DNA of 64,000 bases from Gordius albopunctatus (GCA_964276515.1 OZ193910.1:3410001-3474000), one strand, 5' to 3'. Counted from the first letter of the stretch, positions 1 through 22,578 are shown. Numbers and translations are program-made. Notes: generated by a model from the letters alone, not told the origin.

Positions 1-1090
1 AGAAAACTGGGCCCGGCATTAAGACATGTGGAAAAATCCAGCTACCGGGTGGCCTACCCTTTGGGCCCCCACCGAAGGAATGCATTTGACTATCTTGCAT
101 CCCGATACTCACGGGATCGTTAGGTCTCGGCTCTTTCTGGACCTTCTCCTCGACAAAATTCACAACGTATTGCTCCATGAAGGCTCGCGAACTCCATCCG
201 GCTAGTTCCCATGCGTCCTTTCCGAACTCTTTAATCCAGTTCGTCCCGAGTAACGGCGGTCCCTTCACATCCGTCACCAGCATCGACAGGCGCTTTCGGT
301 TGGGAACCAGCCGGACCTCGGCTGTTACGTCCCCGATAATATTTATCCCCTCGCCGCCAAACGCATACACGGCAGGTGTTGAGTTTGCTTGCACGGGTAA
401 GCGTTTCTTCCACCCGTTGGCCGGTACGATTGTAACGGTGGATCCCATGTCCATAAGCAAAGTTATTAAGGTGTTATTGACAAATACATCAATAGTCATA
501 ATATCTAACGCATGGCCGAACCTGATCATACTCGGGCACGTCCTCGTCGCGTCAACCGCAAATGCCTCGTCAACTGGCTTGTGCATTGTCCTCAGGCCTT
601 CACCGATTGCCTCCCGACCTAGGGCGATCTCCACGGCCTTTTAACACTTCTTTTCGGCCATCAACGCAGCCTGCACCGTTGGGTTGTAGAGCCCTAAAAT
701 CAGCTGATCGAGAATTCTGGCCGATAATTCTCCGGTTGAAAACCGCAGTCCTTTGACGCCTCTTTTAGCCTTCGGATATATCGTATGAGTTCTTCCCCGG
801 GCATCTGTCTAATATTTCCGAACCGGAACCTTGGCGCCAGAGGGCCGGTCTGCCCCTTGAACACCTTCTTCGCTCTCCTGGTCGCTTCTTCGAACGACCA
901 TTCGATCGGGTTATCCGGGTACGCGTCGTCCGCGATAACCTTAACCGCCTCCGCCGATAACGAACTTAGCAACCTGCACGTTTTCTGGGTATCGTACGAC
1001 GTCCCTGATTGTGCCTTGGTGTTGACCTCGAATTGCATTAGAAACGTTTCAATGGAATCTCCTAACCTGAATAACTCCTATCCAACGCCT
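1..1090 (-). mobile_element. Decayed Ty3/gypsy LTR retrotransposon, gag and aspartic protease region (runs off the left edge)
   Basis: Minus strand reads gag-like RFRFGNIRQMPGEELIRYIRRLKEASKDCGF, then after a frameshift near 730 ELSARILDQLILGL, and a stop near 642. A retropepsin follows: TLLMDMGSTVTIVP...YAFGGEGINIIG...PPLLGTNWI. GC-richer than the flanks. Confidence 0.85.
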
Positions 1091-1469
1091 TTATATGTTA
1101 CAACCAATTAACGCTAATTTGATTGCCAACGCGCGTTCAAATAACATCAACACGCAGGTAACTATCGTATCTCTGGAGGCACTTTACCTCTCTACAAATA
1201 TGACAAAATTTATGCTTAAATTTAGAATCATTATTTTTGGCCGGACAGTTCGGCAGCTCTATTAACTTGGGCATGGGCGATTGAACGGGCCTTGGCAGGC
1301 AATTTAGGTTTCAGACCGTAATAGGTTTTGGCTTAAAATTTATACAAATATTATCAATAACAATTGTATTAATTTCGGGTATTGAATGTAGAAATGAATA
1401 GTCATTTTAATTTTTTTTGCCCAACTAATGTCTATCTAAAATTTCACATAAGTGGGCAATTCCATTGAT

Positions 1470-1846
1470 TCATAAATAATGCTGACAGTAAAAGACACGA
1501 CGGTGTAACAATCATCCCGTGAGCTTGTGGCCTAAAATCTTGTTGTGACTTCACTGCAGTGGATATATTTGCCAAATCTAACACTTCTCCCGACCTCATC
1601 TCTTCTACTGAGAGAAAAAAGTGTAAAAAATACAAATACCTCAGCAATATTATTTTTGTACCAGTAGTGGCCATGACCCTCGGTAATTTAGGTTCCGAGG
1701 GCATCCAATTCCTCAAACAATTATCAAAATTTATAACCTCCATTACACACGATCCCAAAGAATTATTTTACATCAAGCATAAAATTACCATGGAAATTAT
1801 AATATCCTATACAATCTCAATCCATGGCTCGATGCCAGCTCACTAA
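1470..1846 (+). mobile_element. 3' fragment of an RLE-type (CRE-like) non-LTR retrotransposon, restriction-like endonuclease domain, pseudogenised
   Basis: KRHDGVTIIP*ACG...CDFTAVD...ERKKCKKY...FVPVVAMTLGNLG matches the RPDG..PW..G..WD.T..D..K..KY..P...G pattern. A TGA replaces the conserved Trp. Confidence 0.75.
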
Positions 1847-2654
1847 TTTAATATATTTTAGCATGTAACATACACAATTATTTAGAAATAAACTTCTATC
1901 GATTTCAAAAAAATCATTTAATTGACGTCATATGTTTCTAATCTCATGAGGGTTCTTGGGCGTAGCCAGGTTTTGGATTAGGGGGGGGGGGGAGGGGTGA
2001 AACGTTAAAACGTTCAATCAGGGGGGGGGTGTAAAACCTAGATTTTTTTCATCATTTAGAGGGGGGGGTCTGCATATTATTTAGTTAAAAGGGTTTCACG
2101 TGACATAAAATCCCGAGGCTTGATAACTTTAATATGTCCCCGTCTTCTTGTACATTAAAATATGTAGGTTTTTCTGCACCACTATGCACTATTATAAACG
2201 CTGTATTAAAATTTTTTTTACATTGTCGAATATTTTAAATGACTTTTATACACCAGTGGTTTATAACTTTTTTTCATCCAATTATGCACATTTTCGTTAG
2301 CATTGCACATTTTAACCTATAAACTTACAAATACCTTATAAGTATTTAAAACTGTTTCAAATCTATTTAATTATAAATGAATATGCATTTTCTTATAATT
2401 AAATAATATTTTTTCAAAACTATGACATTATATTTTTTATATCAACTCTCCTACAGATTACCAATAATTTTTTATATATATTCTATTATATTTAAGGTAT
2501 TTACGGAATATTGTAAATTTAGGCAGAACAAACATCTCTTACTATTTATATTTTATATGAGAAAAATGCATATTAATTCTATAATAATTGTACTATTATA
2601 TGACATATCACCTATTGAGAAACGCCATCTTTCATACATTCATATTTACCAAGA

Positions 2655-3140
2655 ATGGCAATTCACGTTGAATCAAAAGTAGGCCACAACTCTTAAAATT
2701 TTTTAAATACGTTTTATATATAATTTTAGCAACAATTTGATGAATTTTTAAATGATAACAAAGATAAGCTTATTGTTGTTGACTTTTATGCAACATGGTG
2801 TGGCCCATGCAAGATGATTGCCCCTAAGCTTGAGGTAAAATTAATTAAATTATATCCCTAATTAAATCAAGTTAATGGCAACCGAGCACAAAGAAAAGGC
2901 AGTATTCCTAAAGGTTAACGTTGATGAAAATGAAGTAATTTATGATTTATATATATATATATAAATAATTAAAGGACCTCGTAGAACTTTATGGAATATC
3001 GGTCATGCCTACCTTCATTTTTATTAAAAACAAAGAAAAGGTGCATATATTTGTATTTAAATACAATTAAAATTTAGGTTGATGTTTTAAATGGAGCTAA
3101 CGAGGAAAAACTTAAGGAGAAAGTGAATCAATACATCTAA
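2655..3140 (+). CDS. TXN: Thioredoxin, 106 aa; exons 2655-2678, 2730-2834, 2872-2934, 2975-3040, 3078-3140
   Basis: Spliced product [43 protein letters not shown]...[10 protein letters not shown]...[33 protein letters not shown] with the WCGPC active site. Four GT-AG phase-0 introns; AATAAA near 3208. Confidence 0.97.
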
Positions 3141-3649
3141 TTAGTGTAAATCATGTTATACTCATTTATGGATTATTTGTAATTTTAGATGTATAGTGGT
3201 GCTCATGAATAAATCAATGTTGTAATTTTTATATAAAACATGATTACTTAAATATCAATTTGTTTTGTGAATGAGATAAAACAACTCTTGTTATAAATTT
3301 TTTAATTTTTTACCCTCAATTTATATAAATTTTAAGACATTTTTATGAATACTCTATTAGTCATTTATCTCCTAATGAATCTAAAGTTTCTATATAAAAT
3401 TTAATAGCCATAAAAAATTCTATTGTTTAATCAAACTTAACTTTAATTTAATCTAATTGCCTAATTTGAACCAAAAATCTTTGTACTTAAGCTCATTTAC
3501 ACGCTTATATTTTGTTTCACCTGTATATATAGTAGGTATGTTTTATAAATCGATAATTCCAATGGAACAAAGGCAAGTTGGCACCTCTTAATTTAATAAA
3601 GTACCGTCCATGGTCTGAGCTATTTCACTCGTTAAGACACATTAACTAT

Positions 3650-4516
3650 CATGGGCGTTACCAGGTTTTGAATTAGGGGGGGGGGGGGGCAAAACGTTTA
3701 AAAGTTCATTTAGAGCAGAGCTGTTAATCGCACCTAAAAAACCGGTGCGCCGCTCGAACCCGCACTTTGAGAAAATTCGGTGCGCGCACTCGCACCCATA
3801 ATTTTTTACACTCTATCTAAATTCTAAATATATTACAATTTTCAATTAAAAACTTTTATTATGCCGATTTATTATAATTATAAAAATAATAAAGATACAG
3901 AAAAAACAATTAAAATAGCATTTTATTGACATTCATCATTAAAAGCACTTCGAGGTGATTATCTGTCAGAAATATTACAATATTGTTAATTATTTATCCT
4001 AATTACCTGTCTGTTTTTGTTTTTCTAATTATACTTCAACTTCTATTGCAATATTAATTATGATACACCAAAAAGTTTTAAGCAATAATTGATAAAGTAA
4101 AGGGGCGAATAATATAAAACATGGCGGATATATTAATTAATTATATTGTCTATCGATGTTAATTTAATTTCCCGCCTTGTTATCTCCTCCACCAGGAACA
4201 TAAATGTGTCTTTGATGTTGTTTCACTGCAATGTTAATTTGTGAGGTATGCTATGCGATATATAAGATAATGTCAAATATATTAATTGTAAAATTCTTAA
4301 TATGCGCAAAATAGGAGCGCAATTTCGCCGCACTCGCTCTTGGTTTTAAAAAAGTGCGCGCACCAGCACGTCGCACCGCAAAACCTGTTCGCGCACCTTA
4401 ACAGCTCTGATTTAGAGGGGGGCAAAACATACATTTTTTTAATTTTTCAATGTTTTTGCATTGAAAATTTTTTTTCCGTCAATTAGCTGCCCCCCACCCC
4501 CCCGGGTACGCCCATG
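3650..4516. mobile_element. hAT-type MITE (CATGGGCGTAGCC family) carrying a nested insertion
   Basis: TIRs CATGGGCGTT.../...TACGCCCATG; 8-bp TSD TTAACTAT on both sides. Confidence 0.9.
3716..4409. mobile_element. Non-autonomous hAT element nested in the MITE above
   Basis: TIRs CAGAGCTGTTAA/TTAACAGCTCTG; perfect 8-bp TSD ATTTAGAG; subterminal CGCAC repeats. Confidence 0.9.
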
Positions 4517-5401
4517 TTAACTATTATGGATTTTTTTAGCATAACAATACTTGACAATTAAATATGTAGAGAACCTTTAGCGTTTTACGATATTCAAGGC
4601 ATAACCAAGAGTATTTTACTACCCTTATACCCCCCCCCTGCCCAATTATAAATAAAAATGTTTAGTTAAATGCAAAAAAAATTTTTAATATATTTTTTAT
4701 TAAATGAAACTATAAAAATCATATTCGAGGTAAACATTCGAAAATTGCGATAGCGTTGAAATGACAAATAATGATTCCGATTTTCTGTTTAATGAAAAAA
4801 GTTTCCCTATCGTCAAGGGTATTGGCAGCTATACGGCGTCCCAATTCTTTCAGAGGGGCATTAATTAAAAATTTAAGAAATTATCATTAAACGTTCCTTT
4901 AATATTAAGCAAAATAGCGTTTCTTTATCTTTCAATTTTCTCGTTTCAACAAATATTCAGTTAGTCTGCACATCGGCGCAGAGAGGTTATGGATTAGGGG
5001 GGGGGGGGGGGCGAAACGTTTAAAAGTTCAATAAGGGGGGGGGGTCTGCATATTCCTTGGTTAGAAGGTTTTCACGCGACATAAAAGCCTGAGGCTTGAT
5101 AACTTTAATATGATGTCCCCGTCTTCTTGTACATTAAAATATGTCAAAGGGTGCATGTAAACTTGTTTGTTATTATCCTTACAATTGCTGAAGGTCGCTC
5201 TCCCGCATGTTCTTACTTTTTACCCACACCTTATATATTATATGCTTTACTTATCTCCAAGACAAGGTTGAATTTTGTAAAAAATTTAATGCAGAGAGAC
5301 ATGGGCGTAGCTGGGGGGGGGGCGGCTGCCCCCTCTAAATCAAAACATTTATTAAAATTATTGCGCAAAATGTAAAAAATATTGCTTCCCTCTAATCCAA
5401 A

Positions 5402-5537
5402 CTCGATGATGATATATTAGAATAGTGTAGTGTATTATTTTATTTGACGCATTTTGTCTTTTATATTTTATGTATTTATATTATATTACTGTCGACGGAT
5501 TTTTAACAAATAAACTTTTTAATAATTAAAAAAAAAA
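5402..5537 (+). mobile_element. Poly(A)-tailed retroposed 3' fragment inserted into a MITE
   Basis: Ends in AATAAA plus an A-tract and is flanked by a 22-bp duplication TATTGCTTCCCTCTAATCCAAA. A near-identical copy lies at ~34891-34998. Confidence 0.7.
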
Positions 5538-6399
5538 TATTGCTTCCCTCTAATCCAAATGCTGGTTACGCTTGGAGAGAGAGGGTTAACATTTTGATTT
5601 CATTGGAAAATAGTTATTATTGCGCCTTGCCCTTTACCAAAAAATATGATAAAAATTTTAGTTTACATCTTTTTAAATTCATGATCTAACCCCCAAATTT
5701 CTAAGTATAGGTAGTGATTTTATAATGCGTTTTTATACCATATCTTAAGGATACTCGTAATCATGGGCGTAGTTGGGGGGGGGGGCAAGGAGGGGCGGCT
5801 CTCCCCCTTTAAATCCAAAATTTTCAAAAAATGATTATTTTGCCCATCTTTAAATCATTATTGCTCCCCTCTAATTCCAATGCAGGCTTATCAATAATAT
5901 TATTGAAATACGATTTTAAGGCAGCTTATAGATTTAAAGTCTCATTTTGCGTAGTATCATACAAGATAACCTTACGTAGAATAGAAGATTCTTTTCGAAC
6001 TAGCTTGTTAGATTCTGGCTAACTTACACCTACCTCCTATATTAGGAGTAATTGTTATTTAACATCCGTTTAAGCAGTAAATTGAGTCATCATTAAAAAC
6101 TCTTATTATCAAGGTCTCATAAAAAATAAGTTTTTAAGGGAAGTAATGCATATTTTGACTAAGTTAAATATCAAAAAAATACTATTTCGCGCCTATTTTT
6201 ATATTTAAGGAGTAGAACAAGGGAGACTAAAAATAACGGAGAGGCGTTAAAATTCGTTTTCAATATTCGCGTTTCTATTTTTTTGCAAAATTATTGCTAA
6301 TGTTGTATTTCGATATTGCATTCATAAAATGTGTGCATTTTTTCATAGTATTCTTGTATTTTTATGCATAAATTTATAATTTTAGCACAATACACTTTA

Positions 6400-7170
6400 G
6401 TTGGCTAGAAGCTTATCCTAGTTCACTTTCTGGATTGATGTTGGAGGACCCAGAGCTAGCATACTCCATCGCCCTCTGACTAGGAATTCCCTATTCAAAG
6501 GAATATTCCTGTCGCAACTGCTCCCAGAACGTAGACATTTTTGCAAGGCACCCCTAAACTGCCTTTACAATAAATTTAAATACATAAGGCACAAAAAGGT
6601 GAATAGCCTTATCCGAGCCGCTTTTAAAAAAGCCAATATCCCGTCCGTCTTAGAGCCGTCTGACCCTTCGTTAGAGGGAAGGATGCGACCAGACGGCTCT
6701 ACCCTCATCCCTTGGCAAAATGGTGTACCCCTTAAATGGGATTTCACCTGCATAGACATTTTCGCCCCCTCTAACCACAACTACAACGCTCTGTCCCTCG
6801 CCCAACACCGCAAAACGGTAAAATACCAGGCCCTCCTAGTCCTACCCTCTCATATCTTTACCCCTATCTTTGTCTCGTGTTCTGGGACTTTTGGTCCTGC
6901 CGCCATCAAGCTTTTTAAAGATATCAGCCGTCGCTGCCCGCCCTCTAAATATTCCACAAATTTTTTACTTAAACAAAAAATAGGTATTTTTATGGCAAAG
7001 TACAATTTTAAATCCCTGGCTGACAGCTGGCCACTTTTATTAGATGATACATGCGACGCTTTTTAATTATAATTTTTTTATTTTGTTTTATTCCCGCTCT
7101 TATATTTTTCGAATTTAAACACTTCGTTTTTTTATAATGTTCTTACATTCAAATAAACAATATAAAAAAT
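6400..7170 (+). mobile_element. 5'-truncated CRE-like RLE non-LTR retrotransposon (zinc knuckle plus endonuclease)
   Basis: WLEAYP...LAYSIAL*LGIP, then CRNC...HP(frameshift)LNC...RH zinc knuckle, then RPDGSTLIPWQNGVPLKWDFTCID...KTVKY...GTFGP. AATAAA and an A-rich tail follow. Confidence 0.8.
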
Positions 7171-7974
7171 TTTTTTGTAATAAATAAGCTTTTATAACAA
7201 CGACGCAAATATTCTTAATTGCTATAGTCACCTAAATCCAAAAAAACACTTATAGACATGGGTGTAGCCGGGGGGGGGGGGGGCAAGGAGGGGCAGCTGC
7301 CCACTCTAAATCCATAAATTTGTTGAAATTATGACTAAAATTTCGAAAAATGATTATTTTGCCCCTCCCTAAATTTTTATTGCCCTCTCTAATACCAATC
7401 AACGGAAAAAATCTCATTTTCCCTATCTCTATGTCATTAACATACTTTTACTCAAATCCTCGTTATACCCATGTATAAAGATTATGTGAATGACAACTAC
7501 ATACCAAGGTCATGCAATTCAAGGGCATAGCCATGAAATTGAGAGATAGGGGGGGGGGGGGGCACAATCATACCTTCTCATTTATCGATTTAAATAGTAT
7601 CGATAATAATATTAACAACAAAACATATTAAAAAAATTATTATTTGTTTGTTTTTGTTTACGATTTCAACATAAAATAATTTTTCTTAGGGTATTACCTA
7701 AGTTGGTTCAATCAATTTTAACATAAAAATAGGTAAAAAAAAGTCGGGAATAAGAATAACTATAAACTAGGCCCAAACATTTCCTTATTTTCGCTAAATA
7801 TTCTAAGCAATATGGAATAAAAATTACTCAATCCTTTGGTTTTCGTAATTAAATAACTCAAATAACATTTTAAATCATAAAAATAAAATTTTCTGGGTGT
7901 AGAGAACTGAATTTTTTATATCACCAATAATGTCATGGAATATTTGCACAAAATATAGTGTTTTGTATTCGTAT

Positions 7975-8333
7975 CAGAGACCAGAAATGCCCGGCCCGCT
8001 GCCCGGCCCTTAAATTTTAATTTTCGGATAGGCACGCTGATAAGATTCGGGCAATTCGGCCATGCCCAAAATTTTATCAAATTAATTTTCCTTGAAAAAA
8101 GAAAAATCCGGGCCGGGTTCGGGCAGAAAAATTTAAACTACTCCGACCTCTTTTTGGGACATCATAAATTCGGGACTAATGGGCAAATTTAATATTTCGG
8201 GCCGGGCAATAACAATTTGGGCGGGCCCCGGCGGACACTTAGATGGGTTTGGGCGGGCCCGGGCGGGCAATGAAGTTAAAAAATTTAGTCGGGCCGGGTT
8301 CGGACAGAAAATTCCCAACAAATCTGACCTCTG
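7975..8333. mobile_element. Non-autonomous hAT element with GGCCCG subterminal repeats
   Basis: TIRs CAGAGACCAGA/TCTGACCTCTG; perfect 8-bp TSD ATTCGTAT. Confidence 0.88.
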
Positions 8334-8770
8334 ATTCGTATTGTAAAAAGAGCTGAGTTCTGTTTAGCCGACCCTCGGTTTTAGTCTACTAAACATAAAC
8401 AGACCAAAGGTTTTTTAGTCTGTTTTTTCAGTCGATCTCAATGCTTAGCCAAAATTTAAAAAAAAATTAATGTCGACCGTTAGTCTTACTTGAATCAAAA
8501 GTCATCAAAACAAACCCCTGGTCTTTTTACAACACTAATTTGTACTTCAAATTTACACGATAAACAGATTCTGAAGGTCTGGGTCAGGTTGACTCACAAA
8601 AATCAGCATTAATTCTTTTAGTTTTAAAGGTTAAAAATTTCTTTATTAATATGATTGGTGAATAAAATCGTGTATAAATTTATTAATTTCAAAACCTATC
8701 AGTTTAAAACATCCATGTTTACTATTCTCTTCATTATAATGTGTGCCTAGATTTAAATTTTCTATTTATC

Positions 8771-8930
8771 CATGGGCTTAGCCAAGGGTAAGGGGGGGCA
8801 GGGAGAGGTGGCTGCCCCCCTCTAAATCCAAAAATTTATTAAAATTATGGCTATAATTTCAAAAAATGATCATTTTACCCCTCCTTAATCATTATTGCAC
8901 CCCCTAATCCCAACGCTAACTACGCACATG
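8771..8930. mobile_element. hAT MITE, CATGGGCGTAGCC family
   Basis: TIRs CATGGGCTTAGC/ACTACGCACATG; TSD TATTTATC/TATTTATT. Confidence 0.85.
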
Positions 8931-11900
8931 TATTTATTGCTACCTATATATATTTTCATGCTTCCTATTCCTACTAAATATAAAAGCCCGCATGATTTGA
9001 TTGTAATGATAATTACGATTTTACTTTTAATTACTATGCAATTTATTAATACACTTGTATTATAAATATAGCATATTAATTTGCGAGAAATAATACACCT
9101 AGTTTACAAATTTATTAATAAATATTGACCTTAAAAAATATTGTTCTAAAATTATTCTAAATTATAGACATACATATATAAAAAATAAATAAACTCGGTC
9201 CTTCGTACTTTGCCGCAAGGATCTCTGCCCGTTGGACCCCGCCAAAGCTCGGGCTGCCTGTTGTTCTTTTTAGCCTCTGTTTCTACACCTTGTATGGAAG
9301 CGTTTTATTTTCTATGCAATTTAAGGAGGAGTCAAAAGAAACGGAGCATAAATTGCAGGGTAGTATATCCCTAAAAAGTGGTTTCGATAAGAGCCTATTG
9401 TTTAATGTTCGGTTCGCGCAAAATTTGCGGAAAAATCTCGTAATTTGAAAAATTGAGCCGAAATCGAGAATTTTGACCTCGAGACGAGATTTTATATTCT
9501 AGATCTCGGATTAAATTTTTTTATTGGCCATCATAATCATAAATAGTAAATTTAGTTTAAATTCATAATTTGGATGATTTATAAATAAAATGCTAAATGC
9601 GAATAAATATGATTGGGATTTCTTAAATGTTGGATATATTTAATCATATAAGTTTGATTAATATTAAATATATAACAGAAAATTTTAATTTTAATATTAG
9701 CTTGTTCAACAAAATATAAGTGACCCTTTAGGCTTCTAAATATCATTTAACCAAATCTAATTTCTATTCTTTGATGGATTCAATGCCCATTCTTAAAGAA
9801 GATGAAGAAACGGATAATGTGTTTTAATCATTTTTTTATAAATGTTTTCGTTCTTGTATTTTTTTTAATTAATTCCATTCGATATTTAATACTTTTTATT
9901 TAATAAAGCATTTCAATTCAAAAGAAAGCTATAGGAAAAGAATTAGAATAGAGTGAGGCTCATTGCCTAGCTTATCAAAACTTAGGTGTAAAAAAATTGT
10001 GTTAGAACTAAAAAATTTCATTATAGTCTAAAAAATTATTTTTATTTTACCTTATGTGTGTGGCTCATAAAAAATATAAATAAATACCGGGATGAAGGCA
10101 ATGAAATGCGATTACGCGGATACAACGAATTTTGTATTTTATTTAAAATGAAATTTTATATGTAAATCTCAAAGATAAATGATACAAAAATTTTCCATAA
10201 ATAAGTGGTGTTTTAAAATGAAAAGAAATTTAATTTATAATAAATTCCTAAAAACTCTCTAGAAAAAATAATCATAAATTTAAATTTTCCAAGCGTTTAA
10301 AATGCTTATTTAAATTTACTTGTGATTCCTTTTTTATAATAGCGAGTGATATATCACAAAAAAAGAGTATTTTAATAAAATAATATTAAATATAAGTATT
10401 TAATAATGAAAGTAGATGATAACTTTGCAAAAGGTTTTATACGCTTTAGCTTTATTCATGCATCCTTCATTTTTAAACTTAATTTAAAAAATTTTTCTTT
10501 AGAGATGCTAATTTTACAATAGAGATTGAAGATATAATTCAACTATGAATTAACAATCCTCGTGGTTTAGTAAATTGATTTTTAAAGTTTACTATTAGAA
10601 TGATCATGGCATAGCCAACTTGATCAAAGCAAATATAGTTGGCATCATAAAAGATTATAAAATTCCCAGCATGGATGTCAGGTGGCGGGTATAGATGGGC
10701 TTTTCGTTTAAAAAAATACGAGTCTGGCTTGGACGGCTTTAAGATAACCAAACTGACTCGGGCCGGGCCTAGATATAAGTAGGCCTAGCTCCACACATGC
10801 AAACTTATTTTAATAAGGTTTTAATTTTTGTATTTTTATGGATAAGAAATGATGTGTTCATAATGTACTTGTAATTTTATTATTTAATTTTTGCAATAAT
10901 GATTTAATTAATATGTATTATTCATAAAACTTGTGATTATAAAATGAGTGGATTCCAAACGTTTTTTTTTTAATAATATTAAAAATTAACAAAAAAGCTA
11001 ATTATTGTTTACTTGCCTAGAGTTTCCAATTATATTGAATGGAAATGGTTTTATGTAGGTAAAAGTGTCCTAGTGAATGCTAAAGGGTCGCTTGTTGGAA
11101 GAAATAAAAACCAGTTTGAACCTGATGATTTTTTAACATGATAATAAGAAATATCTTCTACCTGTAAATAAAGGTTGTTTTAATAACAAAAATTTGCACT
11201 TACAGTAAAATGTAAATTATTATTTTTGAAATTGTCTAGGTTGTGTGCTTAAAAAAATTAGCCGGCCACGGGTCCGGGAGAGAACGGGGTTTTAATTTTC
11301 TTTTCTGTTGGAAAGCCAAATCTATTACAGTTTCCGTTAGACGATAAATGTCTAAGTCTAAGGGAGAAACTTTGGTTTGACTTTACTTGCGACTAGGATA
11401 TTTGCAAATTAAATTTTACTCCTGAAACTTTTTATCTCCTTTTTCAAACTTAAAGTGTCGACATTGGCAGCCATGCCGTTCTCCTAATCTTAAAGAGCAG
11501 TAAATCTTAGGTACTTTTTCAACTATTTGTTTAGCGCCTCCCAACTTGATAGTTATCTAGGGAAATTTAGCCCAAATGTTTAACTCATTACATTATATAT
11601 AAATTATTATAATATTTGTGCTTAATTTAACTTCTACCATATTTTTATGTTTTTAACTATTGCTAGGTTAAAAGACAAAACTTAGTTAATCTATTTATAT
11701 CTATCCAGAAGTATATGTATAAAAATACATTCTAAAAATATATGGTTCACAGAATTTTGTATGAAAATATTTATATGAATAAGTTCAAGAGAAAATTTTA
11801 GGCCTCAAAATTTATTTTATTAGTTAAAATATTATCTATTTTCAAGCGATTTTAAATATATATTAATTAGCGACAGAAATAATGATTTTTTTATATATTA

Positions 11901-12190
11901 TATCTTATTTAGTAGTATTGCCCACCTGAAAATTTTTAGTCATTTAACTATATATTTTTTTCTCAGTAAGTTGTTATAATTTTGCTTCATATTAATTCTA
12001 AATTATAAGATGAAACCAAATTCCAATCGCATTGGGTAAAAGCATAAAAGACACTGCATATTTTTTGACTTAAGTCAAAAATACTTTTCTTCCATGTAAT
12101 ATAACTGTAAACTTGCCTTTCTAACACAAAAATTATTATAGAAATCACCTCTCTTTAATGAAAATATTTAAATTATGAGAGCATTTCTTG

Positions 12191-12198
12191 TTTCGCGC
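12191..12198 (+). promoter_or_regulatory. Candidate E2F site upstream of MCM4
   Basis: TTTCGCGC about 70 bp upstream of the ATG. MCM genes are established E2F targets. Confidence 0.55.
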
Positions 12199-12268
12199 AA
12201 TTATCAAAATACATGTGAGGGTAATTCATTCATAAACCTAGCGCAATTTTTGATTTTGAAAATAAAAA

Positions 12269-21939
<9,671 letters not shown>

Positions 21940-22578
21940 CGTGTCAATTAATTATATATATTTTATATAAAAAGTAGATTTGATATATTATTAAATGTAT
22001 AGAACTGATTAATAAACTAATATTCTGGTAATTGTTTTAAAGTGGACAGTTTTAAATATTAGAGAGTATTGAATTTGAACAGTGTCACGCTTAAAGCATC
22101 TGTATGTAGAAGTAGATTAGTTAGTCATAATTGTCAATATTTTAATAATTAAATGTAATATTGATTCATTTAACCTCTTAATGGAAACTATAAACTGTTT
22201 TTATTTTATAAATGTGTTTCTTAGTATTAAATTCTGTGCAAAATTTTAAACTTATTAATAGCCAAAGCCTGGGTAAATAAATTTACAATAATTTTCTCAA
22301 GAAGTTTTTTGCAAACTTCCCCCCCCCCCTTCTTTATAATGCAGTTGGAATAAAGATCACTAAATAAAAGGAAAGTATTGATGGTCTCCATAAGCTTTTT
22401 TCTTATGATCTAGAATATTTAATTTGCTTAATTAATAAGTCAATATTTGTAAATTTAATGAACACTACCATGTCATGTACAGCAGTATATTGCTCAATTA
22501 TCAAACAAATAGAACATTATGGAAAGTAGTTTTTAATTAAATCTATGTATATACACTTTTTATTAATTGATTTGCAAT

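Noticed and set aside
177..1111. Plus-strand ORFs 177-644, 562-756 and 785-1111
   Set aside because: Antisense shadows of the gypsy gag-protease frame.
9196..9300. HDV-like ribozyme in a GC-rich patch
   Set aside because: The GGTCCTT/AAGGATC stem encloses only 13 nt, too short for the nested double pseudoknot.
9930..12118. Divergent minus-strand spliced gene upstream of MCM4 (possible exon 11162-11017, GCAAGT donors)
   Set aside because: All three frames of the putative exon contain stops; splice-like motifs alone are too weak without transcript data.
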